A stretch of DNA of 64,000 bases from Candidatus Parcubacteria bacterium (GCA_016196625.1 JACPXH010000007.1:150461-214460), one strand, 5' to 3'; shown: positions 9,518-18,824, counted from the first letter of the stretch. A program made the numbers and translations. The notes: generated from the letters alone by a model not told the origin.

Positions 9518-9850
9518 TTAGGACAACACAGTCCCATTGAGCACTTCCCGATCCGGGTGTAGCAACACTGGCTTTCCATCCTCATTTGCACATACGATCA
9601 TCCCTTGGCTCTCAAGTCCCATGAATTGTCGTGATTCGAGGTTCGCGAGCACCGGGACTTGCTTGCCGATGAGCGTCGATGGTTCGTACCACTTTGCGAT
9701 GCCCGCGATGATTTGGCGTGGTCCGCCAGCTGGCGGGGCGCCGAGATCAACCATGAGCTTGAGCAGTTTTTCTGAACCCTCAATGCGCTCGGCTGCGGTG
9801 ATGGTGCCGATGCGGAGGTCGAGCTTTTTGAAATCGTCAATCGTAATCAT
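9518..9850 (-). CDS. tRNA-binding OB-fold protein (MetG C-terminal/CsaA/Trbp111-like)
   Basis: ITIDDFKKLDLRIGTI..AE...SEKLLKL.VDLG, RQIIAGI, ESQGM. Confidence 0.9.
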   Translation of the reverse strand: MITIDDFKKLDLRIGTITAAERIEGSEKLLKLMVDLGAPPAGGPRQIIAGIAKWYEPSTLIGKQVPVLANLESRQFMGLESQGMIVCANEDGKPVLLHPDREVLNGTVLS

Positions 9851-9855
9851 ACGAG

Positions 9856-10096
9856 AAGTTCAAATGCCAAAATCCTAATACCAAATCAAGTTCAAAGTGA
9901 CACCGCGTGTCATCCTGAGCCGAGAGGCGAAGGATCTCGAGATCCTTCGGTCGCTGCGCTTCCTCAGGATGACAACCGAGTTGTATTTTGGGTTTTGGGT
10001 TTGATTTGTCATTTGAGCTTTGACATTTGACATTTCTGTTAGACGAGATTGCGGAGTTTATCCCGAGCGGAGCGAGGGACCTCGCTCGCAATGACG
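9856..10096. repeat. Stack of nested repeats: heptamer IR containing a TGTCATCCTGAG...CTCAGGATGACA palindrome (9908-9974), followed by an RPE-like half element (10045-10096)
   Basis: Terminal inverted repeats read directly; similarity to other copies in the window. Confidence 0.8.
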
Positions 10097-10101
10097 CGGG
10101 G

Positions 10102-11913
10102 CTATACTTCTATAATAACAGGAAGTACCATCGGACGTCGTTGTGTCTTCGTGAACAAGAACTGCCCCAGTTTATCGCGGATGTTGTCTTTGACGTAGGC
10201 CCAGTTGATGGGTTTTTCGTGTCCCGTGGAGCGCGCCACGATTTCTTTAACTTTTCGCCGCATCAAGTTCATGAGGTCACGCGAGTCTTTCATATAGATA
10301 AACCCGCGCGAGATGATGTCAGGTTCGCCCCGCACCTTGCCAGTTTCAGAATCCACCACGGCAATGGTTACCACCATGCCGTCTTGGGCCATCACCTGCC
10401 GGTCCCGGAGCACGACGTTGCCAACGTCGCCCACGCCCAAGCCGTCCACCATGACGTAGTTGGCCGGCACGCGCTCCTTCAATTTTATCAGTTTGTCGCG
10501 GGCGAGCGCCACCACCTCGCCGTTCTCCGCGATGAGGATGTTCTGTTTGGGGATGCCTATTTCTTCGGCCAGCTCCGCATGGTTGAACATCATGGAATAC
10601 ATGCCGTGAATGGGCATGAAGAACTTGGGTTTGAGCAGCCGCATGATTTCGCGCTGATCTTCCCGGCGGGCATGCCCAGACGTGTGCAGCCCCAGATCGG
10701 CAGACTGGTAGACTTTGGCACCCTGTCGGTAGAGGTTGTCTTTGAGTGCCTGGACCGATCGTTCGTTGCCCGGAATGACCGAAGAGGAAAAGATGACCGT
10801 ATCACCCTTCTCAATGGCGAGGTCGCGGTGTTCCTTATTGACGAATCGCATTAAGACCGCATTGTCTTCGCCTTGCGCGCCGGTGCACAGGATCGTAAGG
10901 CGCCCCGCTGGATAGTTTTTGGCCTCGCGCGCGGTGGTGAAAGTGCCCTTTTGAGCCTTCAGGTACCCGAGTTCTTTGGCGATTGCCACGTTCGCTTTCA
11001 TGGAAAAACCTTCCACGATAACTTTGCGACCGTACTGTTCCGAGAGGCTCACCAGCTGCTGGATTCGGTTCAACATGCTGGAGAAGGTGGCCACGATAAT
11101 CCGACCCGCGGTGTTCTGGAAGACTGCCTCGAGGTTTTGCTGTACCGCTGTCTCTGAGATCGAATGCCCTTCCACTTCGGCCCCGGTTGAGTCAGACATA
11201 AGCAGCAGCACCCCCCGTTTGCCGAGTGCGGTGAGCGTGGCAATATCCGCGGGTTTCTCGTTGAGCGGCGTCAGATCTAATTTGAAGTCCGAGGTGTGGA
11301 TCATGAGGCCGACAGGAGTGGTGATGGCAAGTCCCAAGTCGTCAGGGATGGAGTGGTTCACATGGAAAAACTCCACTTGAAAATTGCCCAGCACCACCTT
11401 GTCTCCGGCTTTAATCTGATGAATTTCAAGTTTCGGCAGGCGCGGGAACTCTTCGTGGCGTTTGAGGAGCATGCCGCGCGTGAGGGGAGCGGTCCAGATG
11501 GGCGGGTTGCCGAGTTTTTCGACGAGGTAGGGCAGAGCGCCAATGTGGTCGTAGTGGCCGTGGGTGACGAGAACTCCGCGGATGCGATCTCTCTTGTCTT
11601 CGAGGTATTTGACGTTGGGGATGAGGAAATCAATGCCTGGCATGTCTTCGTCTGGGAAGCCGAAACCAACGTCGACGATGATGATATCGCCCGCGTATTC
11701 GAGCACCATCATGTTCCGTCCCACTTCGCCCAGTCCCCCCAAGGGGATAATGCGGACGTGATCGGTCTGTGGCCGGGTGCTTGCGGCTGAGGGGAACGGC
11801 GCCGCCGCGGGATGGGCGGGTTTGCCGTGAGGGGTTGTGGCCGTGCGGCGCTGGCGCGGGCGTTCGCGCTGGGCCGAGGCGCTGGCTAGAACGAATGAAA
11901 AATCGTTACGCAT
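10102..11913 (-). CDS. rnj: Ribonuclease J
   Basis: IIPLGGLGEVGRNM, THGHYDHIGA, HSIPD, TGAQGE, HTSGHA, PIHG; exact start uncertain. Confidence 0.96.
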   Translation of the reverse strand: MRNDFSFVLASASAQRERPRQRRTATTPHGKPAHPAAAPFPSAASTRPQTDHVRIIPLGGLGEVGRNMMVLEYAGDIIIVDVGFGFPDEDMPGIDFLIPNVKYLEDKRDRIRGVLVTHGHYDHIGALPYLVEKLGNPPIWTAPLTRGMLLKRHEEFPRLPKLEIHQIKAGDKVVLGNFQVEFFHVNHSIPDDLGLAITTPVGLMIHTSDFKLDLTPLNEKPADIATLTALGKRGVLLLMSDSTGAEVEGHSISETAVQQNLEAVFQNTAGRIIVATFSSMLNRIQQLVSLSEQYGRKVIVEGFSMKANVAIAKELGYLKAQKGTFTTAREAKNYPAGRLTILCTGAQGEDNAVLMRFVNKEHRDLAIEKGDTVIFSSSVIPGNERSVQALKDNLYRQGAKVYQSADLGLHTSGHARREDQREIMRLLKPKFFMPIHGMYSMMFNHAELAEEIGIPKQNILIAENGEVVALARDKLIKLKERVPANYVMVDGLGVGDVGNVVLRDRQVMAQDGMVVTIAVVDSETGKVRGEPDIISRGFIYMKDSRDLMNLMRRKVKEIVARSTGHEKPINWAYVKDNIRDKLGQFLFTKTQRRPMVLPVIIEV

Positions 11914-11927
11914 GTGCACGTTATTCC

Positions 11928-12449
11928 TTATTGTTCTCCGTAGAAAATCTTTACCAACTTCGGCAGATCTCTTTTCGTTTTCTCGCCGCGGGAGATTCTC
12001 TCAAAGAGAGCCTTCGGGGTTAACCAAAAAGATTCAATGAAGTCGCGTTTGTTGTACTGGGGAGTTTCGTCCATTCGTATTTCGTAGACGTTCTCATGCG
12101 CCGAAACCCCGTCTTTCTGCGGCGTTAAATGACCCAGGAAACGGCAGGGAACTTTATCGGTATCAATATTCAGCTCTTCTTGCATCTCGCGCTTCAGCGC
12201 ATCGCCGTAGGTTTCGCCGTGCGTAACGTGGCCGCCCATGCTCATGTCCAAGCATAACGGGAAAATGTGTTTGTCGGCGGTTCTCCGAGGAATCCAAAGT
12301 TCGCCTTTCGCGTTTACCACAAAAGCATTTACGACCCGAAAGTTGGAAAGATTTTCCGCGTAGACCTCAGAGCGCTTTTTCTTCCCGATAACCGTGTCGT
12401 TTTCGTCAACGAGGTCTAAATACTCGTCAAGTGTATAAGCAGTGTCCAT
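11928..12449 (-). CDS. NUDIX hydrolase (IDI/YfcD-like)
   Basis: GGHVTHGETYGDALKREMQEELNI Nudix box; DLVDENDTVIG N-terminus. Confidence 0.88.
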   Translation of the reverse strand: MDTAYTLDEYLDLVDENDTVIGKKKRSEVYAENLSNFRVVNAFVVNAKGELWIPRRTADKHIFPLCLDMSMGGHVTHGETYGDALKREMQEELNIDTDKVPCRFLGHLTPQKDGVSAHENVYEIRMDETPQYNKRDFIESFWLTPKALFERISRGEKTKRDLPKLVKIFYGEQ

Positions 12450-12463
12450 GCAAGTTTTCTTCT

Positions 12464-12550
12464 TGGTGGGCGCGGAGGGAGTCGAACCCTCAAGGACGTG
12501 AGTCCATACGCTCCTGAAGCGTACGCGTATTCCAGTTCCGCCACGCGCCC
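12464..12550 (-). tRNA. tRNA-Leu(CAG)
   Basis: Reverse complement GGGCGCGTGGCGGAACTGGAATACGCG TACGC-TTCAGGA-GCGTA ...GGTTCGACTCCCTCCGCGCCCACCA; long variable arm, encoded CCA. Confidence 0.95.
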
Positions 12551-12557
12551 CACCAGC

Positions 12558-12668
12558 CCCCGCATCAATTCTCTTATGAAACTACTTTAAGGAAAGAGCA
12601 AACCGAAGGCGATACCGAGCCGATAACTTCATTTCACTAATATATTCTCTCTGGAATTTGGTGCGGGG
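12558..12668. mobile_element. MITE-like element with CCCCGCA(C/T)CAA...TTGGTGCGGGG ends
   Basis: Terminal IR; second family member at 51565-51713. Confidence 0.6.
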
Positions 12669-12684
12669 TTTCACCGCCTACCTA

Positions 12685-13704
12685 TTATTGCTCGGCGAGC
12701 CGGCTTTTGAGTTGTTCGACGATTTCAATGGGTGTGGGGTCAATGCCGTATTCCAGCGCCAAGTAGTACGACACGAGTTGCCCCCGAACTATCGTGGAGA
12801 AAATTTTCGCCAAGGGGGTTGAGCCGTCAATGGTTACCTCGTGCAGCGGGATGTCATGTTCGCGCAGAATTTTCTGGGTGGCTTCAATGCGTTTGGCCAT
12901 GCGGGGCTCTTCCTCGGGGTCTTTAAGCAGGATAACGTTCAGGTATTTCGCCGCGAGCTCGTGGGGGATATGTCCAATGGAACGGCTGAATCCAGCGAGC
13001 TCGTTGTGGTCGATCTCCGGGAAATGATTCCAGAACGCGGGGGTCTTCGCGTTTTCGTTGAGCGCCGCTTTCCAGCTGCGAGCGGTAACCTTCCACTGGT
13101 CTGACGCGTACACCACCGGTATTTTCCCCTTGAGCTCACGAGCGAGTTCTTCGGATTCGGTTTCGTAGGTATCGGGCTTGAGCCATGTGGCAAGCTGGCG
13201 CAGTTCTTCTTCAGCTGAAGCAATTACGCCTGCCTGTGCGAGTACCATAAGCATGGCGGTGTTGATTTCGCCCACTGCAAGCCGAGGCGGGATATCTTTG
13301 GTTTTGAGCTCAACTAGGTTGGAGTGATCCGCTCGTGCCAGCTCGGCCAGTTTTCCCCCACTCGTGATGGCCACGGTCGTGCAGCCCCGCTTTTTGGCTG
13401 CCTGGTAGGCCGAGATCGTCTCTTCGGTGTTGCCGGAATACGAGCTTGCGATCACCAGCACCCTTCCGGTGAGCCCTTTTGGCAGGTCGTAGCTGCGATG
13501 GACCCACACCGCTGTTTGGCTGCCGCGGGCGGTGGCCAGCGCCTGCAGGTGTTCGGCCGCAGCCATGGCCGAGCCGCCCATTCCGCAAACCACCGCCGCG
13601 TCAAAAGGTCCGGCAAGCTCCACCGCGCGCGCGGCTTCAAGCCCTCGCACGAACTGTTGCGGGAAATCGAGGATGACGGAGCGCATATCGTTTGGGTCGG
13701 GCAT
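12685..13704 (-). CDS. Bifunctional phosphoglucose/phosphomannose isomerase (SIS domain)
   Basis: GMGGSA, SSYSGNTEET, ITSGGKL, NENAKTPA, FPEIDHNEL, YYLALEYGIDP. Confidence 0.92.
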   Translation of the reverse strand: MPDPNDMRSVILDFPQQFVRGLEAARAVELAGPFDAAVVCGMGGSAMAAAEHLQALATARGSQTAVWVHRSYDLPKGLTGRVLVIASSYSGNTEETISAYQAAKKRGCTTVAITSGGKLAELARADHSNLVELKTKDIPPRLAVGEINTAMLMVLAQAGVIASAEEELRQLATWLKPDTYETESEELARELKGKIPVVYASDQWKVTARSWKAALNENAKTPAFWNHFPEIDHNELAGFSRSIGHIPHELAAKYLNVILLKDPEEEPRMAKRIEATQKILREHDIPLHEVTIDGSTPLAKIFSTIVRGQLVSYYLALEYGIDPTPIEIVEQLKSRLAEQ

Positions 13705-13710
13705 GAAGCG

Positions 13711-13801
13711 AGCTTATAGCTTTTTAGCTTACTAGCTTTTAGCTTATTGGTCGAAGGTGCGTTGCGGGGCGTAAGCTAACCAGCTCATAAGCTAGAAAGC
13801 T
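13711..13801. repeat. TAGCT-unit imperfect inverted repeat
   Basis: AGCTTATAGCTTTTTAGCTTACTAGC... / ...TAAGCTAACCAGCTCATAAGCTAGAAAGCT; similar element at 32296-32359. Confidence 0.7.
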
Positions 13802-15639
13802 TATTTTCTCACCCGTTTCGTATTGATATACCACTCCTCTACGTGCACGAAGCGCTTGGAGGGTACGGTCACGAGCTGGGCGGAGATGCCTTTGATGCGG
13901 TTGGAGACGGGGTAGAGATAGGTGGGGGAATACAAGAATAACGCCGGGATGTCTTCGATTACGAGCTTGGAGAATTCTTCGTACTTGGCTCGGCGAGCCT
14001 CGCCGTCGAGTGTCTGGCGAGCCTCCTCCAGAAGTTTGTCGGCCGCACGGTTGTCGTAGAGTGCCAAGTTGAGCCCCGGGTTCTTCTTCTGCGATGAGTG
14101 CCAGAAGCTAAATGGATCGGGTTGGACGCCAAGGATTTCGCCAAAGAGAACCATCTCGTACTTCCGCGGCCGGATTACGTCTTGCTGAAGATCGAAAGAC
14201 GGCAGCACCCGGATATTCAGTTGCACCCCGATTGCCTTCCACGTGTTGCCGATGCGTTCGGCCACGCGCCGCAGCTCGTCATTGTCCGGGACGTGGAGCG
14301 TGAGCGCGAGCGGCGTGGATGAGGCGGTGGCGCCTGTCCCGAGTTGGCTCGAGGGGCCCAGCGTCTTTTCGCGCGTGCCGTCGCCGTCTTTGTCCTGCCA
14401 GCCGGCTCCGTCCAGCAGCTTGGTGGCCTCTTCCGGCGTGTACGGATAGCGGTTCGGATCAACTCCGGCGCCGGGCAGTCCCGGCGGGATTGGCCCCCAG
14501 ACGGTTTCTCCCAATCCGCCGAGCACCTCGCGGACAATGCCGTTGGCGTCAACAGAGCGGGCGAGCGCTTCGCGGACCGCTCGGTCGGCCAGAATCTTGG
14601 ACTGGGTTTGGTTAAAGAAGATTGTGAAGTATCGCGGCATCTTGAGGCGGTGGGTTGCCAGCTGCCGGCTGCGCAGTCGTTCAACGTTTTGGGCACTGAT
14701 GGCGCCGAGGCCCTCCACTTCCCGGCGGTTGAGTGCGGCGATCGCGTCTAGTTCCGAGTCGAAGAACTTAATTGTGATTTCGTTGAGGTAGGTTTTTGGG
14801 TCGTTCGCGCGTGGTGCGGCGCGCAGAGTGTAGGACTGAATACGGCCGTCTTTCGTCTTGCTAAGACGTGCGAACTGGTAGGGGCCGGCGCCGACGGGCT
14901 TGAGCATCCCTTCCGCCAGCGCCACTGACGAGGGATCGATTCCGCCCCAGACATGCTCCGGGGCAATGCCAACGGTGGTATTTTCAAGGAAGGGGGCGTA
15001 GGGGTTGTTAAGGGTGAACCGGATAGTCCGGTCGTCCACCTTCTCGGCTGTCACCCCCTGCCAGTTCAATCGGAGAGGCGAATCGTAGTCGGGATTCTGG
15101 ATCGCTTCAATAGTGAAGATGACGTCGTCGGCAGTCAGTTTTATCCCGTCGTGCCAGACAAGATTCGTCCGGAGCGTGAAAGTGTAGGTTTTGCCGTCGG
15201 CAGCGATGTCAACTTTCTCCGCGAGGTCGGGCTCGATCTCTCCGGTGGGGCCATAGCGCATGAGCCCCGAGAAGATGAGCTCGGTTAGATCTCGATCCAC
15301 GTCGCTGGCCGGGGCATACAGGGGGTTGACGTAACGGGGGCGACCCACAATTCCTTCCGCATAGGATCCGCCGGCGGCAGGGATCAGCTTTGTTTTGTTT
15401 TCGTATAGGCGCCAGCCAAGGAGCAGCGTCGCTCCGGCGAACACAGCCGCGAGAGTTAGGAAGATAGCTTTCTCTTTTCCCGTCAGGATTTCCGGCAGGT
15501 GCCGCCACTGTTGGCGGGTGGGCCACTTGTTTAGGAGCGAACGGAAGGCTGAAGTTGGTTTTGGCGGCCGGAGCGGCGGGATGATGTCGCGCGTTTCCGG
15601 TCCCGTTTTGTCGGATCCCGTTCCAGACGTATGGGGCAG
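13801..15639 (-). CDS. ABC transporter substrate-binding protein, family 5 (OppA/DppA-like); start uncertain (GTG 15444 or upstream non-canonical)
   Basis: PDLAE, YTFTLR, WHDG..LTADDVIFT, PVGAGPY, VREAL; frame open without stop up to 15672. Confidence 0.85.
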   Translation of the reverse strand: MPHTSGTGSDKTGPETRDIIPPLRPPKPTSAFRSLLNKWPTRQQWRHLPEILTGKEKAIFLTLAAVFAGATLLLGWRLYENKTKLIPAAGGSYAEGIVGRPRYVNPLYAPASDVDRDLTELIFSGLMRYGPTGEIEPDLAEKVDIAADGKTYTFTLRTNLVWHDGIKLTADDVIFTIEAIQNPDYDSPLRLNWQGVTAEKVDDRTIRFTLNNPYAPFLENTTVGIAPEHVWGGIDPSSVALAEGMLKPVGAGPYQFARLSKTKDGRIQSYTLRAAPRANDPKTYLNEITIKFFDSELDAIAALNRREVEGLGAISAQNVERLRSRQLATHRLKMPRYFTIFFNQTQSKILADRAVREALARSVDANGIVREVLGGLGETVWGPIPPGLPGAGVDPNRYPYTPEEATKLLDGAGWQDKDGDGTREKTLGPSSQLGTGATASSTPLALTLHVPDNDELRRVAERIGNTWKAIGVQLNIRVLPSFDLQQDVIRPRKYEMVLFGEILGVQPDPFSFWHSSQKKNPGLNLALYDNRAADKLLEEARQTLDGEARRAKYEEFSKLVIEDIPALFLYSPTYLYPVSNRIKGISAQLVTVPSKRFVHVEEWYINTKRVRK

Positions 15640-15672
15640 GGGAGAGTTCGTAGGCGTGCGTGAATGATCAGT

Positions 15673-15891
15673 CTATCTGAAAAAGAGCTGTATGGCAGCA
15701 AGGCCGAGGAAGAGGGTCGTGAGTACAATCGTGCTGATGAAGAGAATCTTTTCGAGGCCGCGCTTGGAGCGGTAAATGTTTCCTTCGCCGCCAAAGGTTG
15801 CCGAAAGTCCGGTGCCGCGCTGCTGGAGCAAGACCGTTGCGATGAGCAAGATCGAGACAATGAGTTGAATGATGCCGATGAGGGGGTTCAT
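15673..15891 (-). CDS. secG: Preprotein translocase subunit SecG
   Basis: Two TM helices, LLQQRGTGLSATFGG, RGLEKILF. Confidence 0.93.
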   Translation of the reverse strand: MNPLIGIIQLIVSILLIATVLLQQRGTGLSATFGGEGNIYRSKRGLEKILFISTIVLTTLFLGLAAIQLFFR

Positions 15892-15899
15892 GTTTCTAG

Positions 15900-16046
15900 G
15901 AGCGTGGCGGAGGTCTGTTCGGCGAGCGCTCGTTCGTCCAGCGACTCACTCGCTCTGTCCTCGCCGGTCGCCGAGCACTCAACGTGTTGAGTGCTCGGAC
16001 CGTGCCGACCGGCTGCGGATGTCGTCTCAAGACCTCCGCCACGCTC
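15900..16046. repeat. Structured repeat, copy 1
   Basis: 17-bp terminal IR GAGCGTGGCGGAGGTCT; internal sequence homologous to 22984-23225. Confidence 0.8.
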
Positions 16047-16050
16047 GAAT

Positions 16051-16413
16051 CTATTCGGTTTCGAGGCGGTCTTTCGGAAACGCCATCGTTATAAATAAGT
16101 TCGTGAGCCAGAGGATGATTACCGTCCAGACGTACGTCCAGACGCCGGAGATTGAAAGCTGCGGCAAGGCGAGATCCAATAGCCACAGCACCACTACGCT
16201 GATAATAATATTGAAGAGCCCAAAAGTTAGCAGAATCAGCGGGAAGGAGAATATTTTTAAGACGGGCTTTGCAAAAGCCTGGATGATACCGAGCACGATT
16301 GCGGCCAGCAGAATTGTACCAAATCCGCCGGCGAGTTGGAAGTTTGGCGCGAGGAGCTCGCGCGCAATCCAGAGGCCAATGCCGTTGGCGGCGATTTGAA
16401 CGATGATGCGCAT
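16051..16413 (-). CDS. Phage holin family/YvlD-like 4-TM membrane protein
   Basis: Four hydrophobic helices; KPVLKIFSFPLILLTFGLF motif. Confidence 0.8.
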   Translation of the reverse strand: MRIIVQIAANGIGLWIARELLAPNFQLAGGFGTILLAAIVLGIIQAFAKPVLKIFSFPLILLTFGLFNIIISVVVLWLLDLALPQLSISGVWTYVWTVIILWLTNLFITMAFPKDRLETE

Positions 16414-16577
16414 TGCGTTACCGGGTTCCCCCGGAGCGGCCGCTCGTGAGCGGGCCAGAAAGATACCCTAAGGGTAGCAGAACTCGGCTTAACTGTCAAA
16501 AGGCGTGTACGCGTCGGTTCAAAAGAAACGCCGCTCACCCCTACGGATCAGCGGCGTCGTGACGTGGACGATTCCGG

Positions 16578-17255
16578 TCACCCGATGGCTGGTAATCCCT
16601 CCAGCGGTGAGAGGAGCGGGTACTGGGCGAGTTCTTCAAGGAACGCCAGCACCGCATAGGCGAGCGGCGCTGGCAGCGATCCGAGGCTCTCGGCGAGGCG
16701 GCGGCCGCTCTCGGTGCTCTCTGCGCTGCGCAGCGTCGAATCAACAGCTGGCCTTAGCGATGGGCTAAAGAGATAGGCGCGGAGCCTGCCTACAACAGAA
16801 CGTCGGAGCGCGTTTCTTACCGCTGTAGCGTTGTTGCCGGTGTTCCCGCCCTCGAGTATAGGCCATACAGGTACGAATGCCTCGATGGTCCATCCGAGGT
16901 TTTGCTCAACTGTGGCGATGTTTTCGAGGGACCTGCGCATACCGACCACTGAATCGTATGCTCCCTCCATCACATGGATAGCGCCTATGACCGAGATGAG
17001 CGGTTTCCAGGAGAAGCCGAACGTCTCGCAAAGTTGCAGAGTACACTTGAGGGGGACGGGAGCTATGCCAGCTTCGATCAAACGGTAGGTGCTGGCGCTG
17101 ATCTCGAGACGGGGAGCGAGGCGTTCTATCTCGAATACGTCCTCATCAGCGGTCTCATTTCGTATTCGGTTGAGTACCAGTCCGAATGCGTAGCTGACGG
17201 GGTTCTTGTAAGGAATTTCGCCGCGATCCCGAGCCAGAGCCCGTTTCCTTGGCAT
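16578..17255 (-). CDS. XRE-family helix-turn-helix protein
   Basis: FGLVLNRIR...LAPRLEISASTYRLIEAG...LCETFG; strong AAGGAGG RBS. Confidence 0.65.
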   Translation of the reverse strand: MPRKRALARDRGEIPYKNPVSYAFGLVLNRIRNETADEDVFEIERLAPRLEISASTYRLIEAGIAPVPLKCTLQLCETFGFSWKPLISVIGAIHVMEGAYDSVVGMRRSLENIATVEQNLGWTIEAFVPVWPILEGGNTGNNATAVRNALRRSVVGRLRAYLFSPSLRPAVDSTLRSAESTESGRRLAESLGSLPAPLAYAVLAFLEELAQYPLLSPLEGLPAIG

Positions 17256-17290
17256 CCTCTACCTCCTTCTTTGTGGTTTCGGTTTCAAGC

Positions 17291-17325
17291 AGGATACTAT
17301 TTATACTCATACTTTGTCAAGTATG
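17291..17325 (-). promoter_or_regulatory. Sigma70-like promoter of the XRE gene with inverted repeat over -35
   Basis: Minus-strand TTGACA-N18-TATCCT; CATACTT-N4-AAGTATG at 17308-17325. Confidence 0.5.
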
Positions 17326-17347
17326 TTAGTTACAGTTATCCGAACGA

Positions 17348-18718
17348 TTAAGGCTTAACAGAAATCATTTTCTTCTGCCTCCAATGAAAATACTTGCGCG
17401 CGAACCGATGCGCTTCGTCGCGGAGGCGCAGGAGTAAATTGCGTGCTCCGTCCGGTAATTCGGCGAGCGGGATGAGCCCGGTTTCCGTGTGGATTTCGCT
17501 CAAGCCCTTGGCGTGGCCGATGGCGGGGATGTCGAGTTTATAGACGCGCAGTACCGAGAGTGCGGTGTTTCGTTGCGTCTTGCCGCCGTCAACCACGATC
17601 AAATCCGGATACGGCCATTCGGTATGCGCAATCCGGCGCTGGAGCACTTCGCGGATCATGGCGACATCATTCGGCCTGCCTGAAATTTTGATCTTGAATT
17701 TCCGGTAGAAGTTTTTGTTGGGGAGTCCGTTTTCAAAGGTAACCATGGAGCCGGTCGCAAGTTCGCCTTGGATATTGGCGACATCGTACGCTTCAATTCT
17801 CCGCGGCGGCGCTGCGAGGCGAAGTGTTTGCCCAAGCTCGCGTAGTTCGTGCATGCGGCTTGCGTGCGATGCCTTGGGCAGTTCAAGTGCGAACCGCGAA
17901 AGCACGCGCTCGTGCGCGAATAGCTCCTCAAGCCCACGGTACTGATCGCGGAGTTTGGCCGCCGCTTCAAAGTCTTGGCGTTTGGCCGCAGCGATGATTC
18001 CTTGCTTGAGCGTTTTGAGTAAGTCTTTTTTGCGGCCGGTGAGGATCGCTTTTAGGCTGCGGATGTTTCGACGGTAGGCGCTCGTGAGTTCGGCGCGTTC
18101 AGTCGCGGGCAGTTTGAGACGCGCCTGCGCTTTCAAGCAGCATAAACCAAGGCATTTGCCTAGCTGCGTTCGCACGCAGGGCCGTTCATGCGTTTCGGTA
18201 CAGGTGCAGTAGGGGAAGATGTGCCGGAGTGCTGCAAGAGTCTCGCGCGTGGCGGTAGCGCTCGTGAAGGGGCCGATTAGGTCCGCCTGGGCCCGGCTTG
18301 TCCGACCTCGGCCCGAGGCGCTGCCTTTCGGGCCGAGGTGCAGGACCTTCTTGAGCGCGAACTGGTGCGTGAAAAAGACGTGCGGGAATTCCTCTTTCGT
18401 AAACCCCACAAAGAGGTAATTCGTGTTGTCCTTGAGATCAACGTTGAACCGCGGCTCATACTTTTTTATGAGGTTTGCTTCTAAAATGAGCGCTTCGATT
18501 TCGGATTCGTTTTCGTACCAGTCAATGTGCGTTACGTTTTCGTAGAGGCCGATTTTAGTTGGATAGGCGGACGGCTTTGATTGGAAATGGGATCGGACGC
18601 GGTTTCGGAGGTTGATCGCTTTGCCGATGTAGAGAATCCGGCCGCGTTGGTTGCGGAATAGATATACCCCGGATGCAGTGGGGAGGCGGCGGATTTGGGC
18701 GGCAATCGACTTTGACAT
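17348..18718 (-). CDS. uvrC: Excinuclease ABC subunit C, short form without C-terminal HhH
   Basis: GVYLF...LYIGKAINLRNRVRSHF GIY-YIG, UVR domain FEAAAKLRD, RIEAYDVANIQG, VDGGKTQ, RLRDEAHRFA. Confidence 0.93.
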   Translation of the reverse strand: MSKSIAAQIRRLPTASGVYLFRNQRGRILYIGKAINLRNRVRSHFQSKPSAYPTKIGLYENVTHIDWYENESEIEALILEANLIKKYEPRFNVDLKDNTNYLFVGFTKEEFPHVFFTHQFALKKVLHLGPKGSASGRGRTSRAQADLIGPFTSATATRETLAALRHIFPYCTCTETHERPCVRTQLGKCLGLCCLKAQARLKLPATERAELTSAYRRNIRSLKAILTGRKKDLLKTLKQGIIAAAKRQDFEAAAKLRDQYRGLEELFAHERVLSRFALELPKASHASRMHELRELGQTLRLAAPPRRIEAYDVANIQGELATGSMVTFENGLPNKNFYRKFKIKISGRPNDVAMIREVLQRRIAHTEWPYPDLIVVDGGKTQRNTALSVLRVYKLDIPAIGHAKGLSEIHTETGLIPLAELPDGARNLLLRLRDEAHRFARKYFHWRQKKMISVKP

Positions 18719-18824
18719 ATTTACGATGGTACGATACAGTATCTTGCACGGATTTGGAAGGGTTCTTTTTACGTTCTGAAAACCAGCAGCAGCCCGATTT
18801 CGAATCGGGCAGAGGGAGGCATCC

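Noticed and set aside
16051-16413. Prophage suggested by the holin-family gene
   Set aside because: This membrane family is common in chromosomes, and no structural, terminase or integrase genes are nearby
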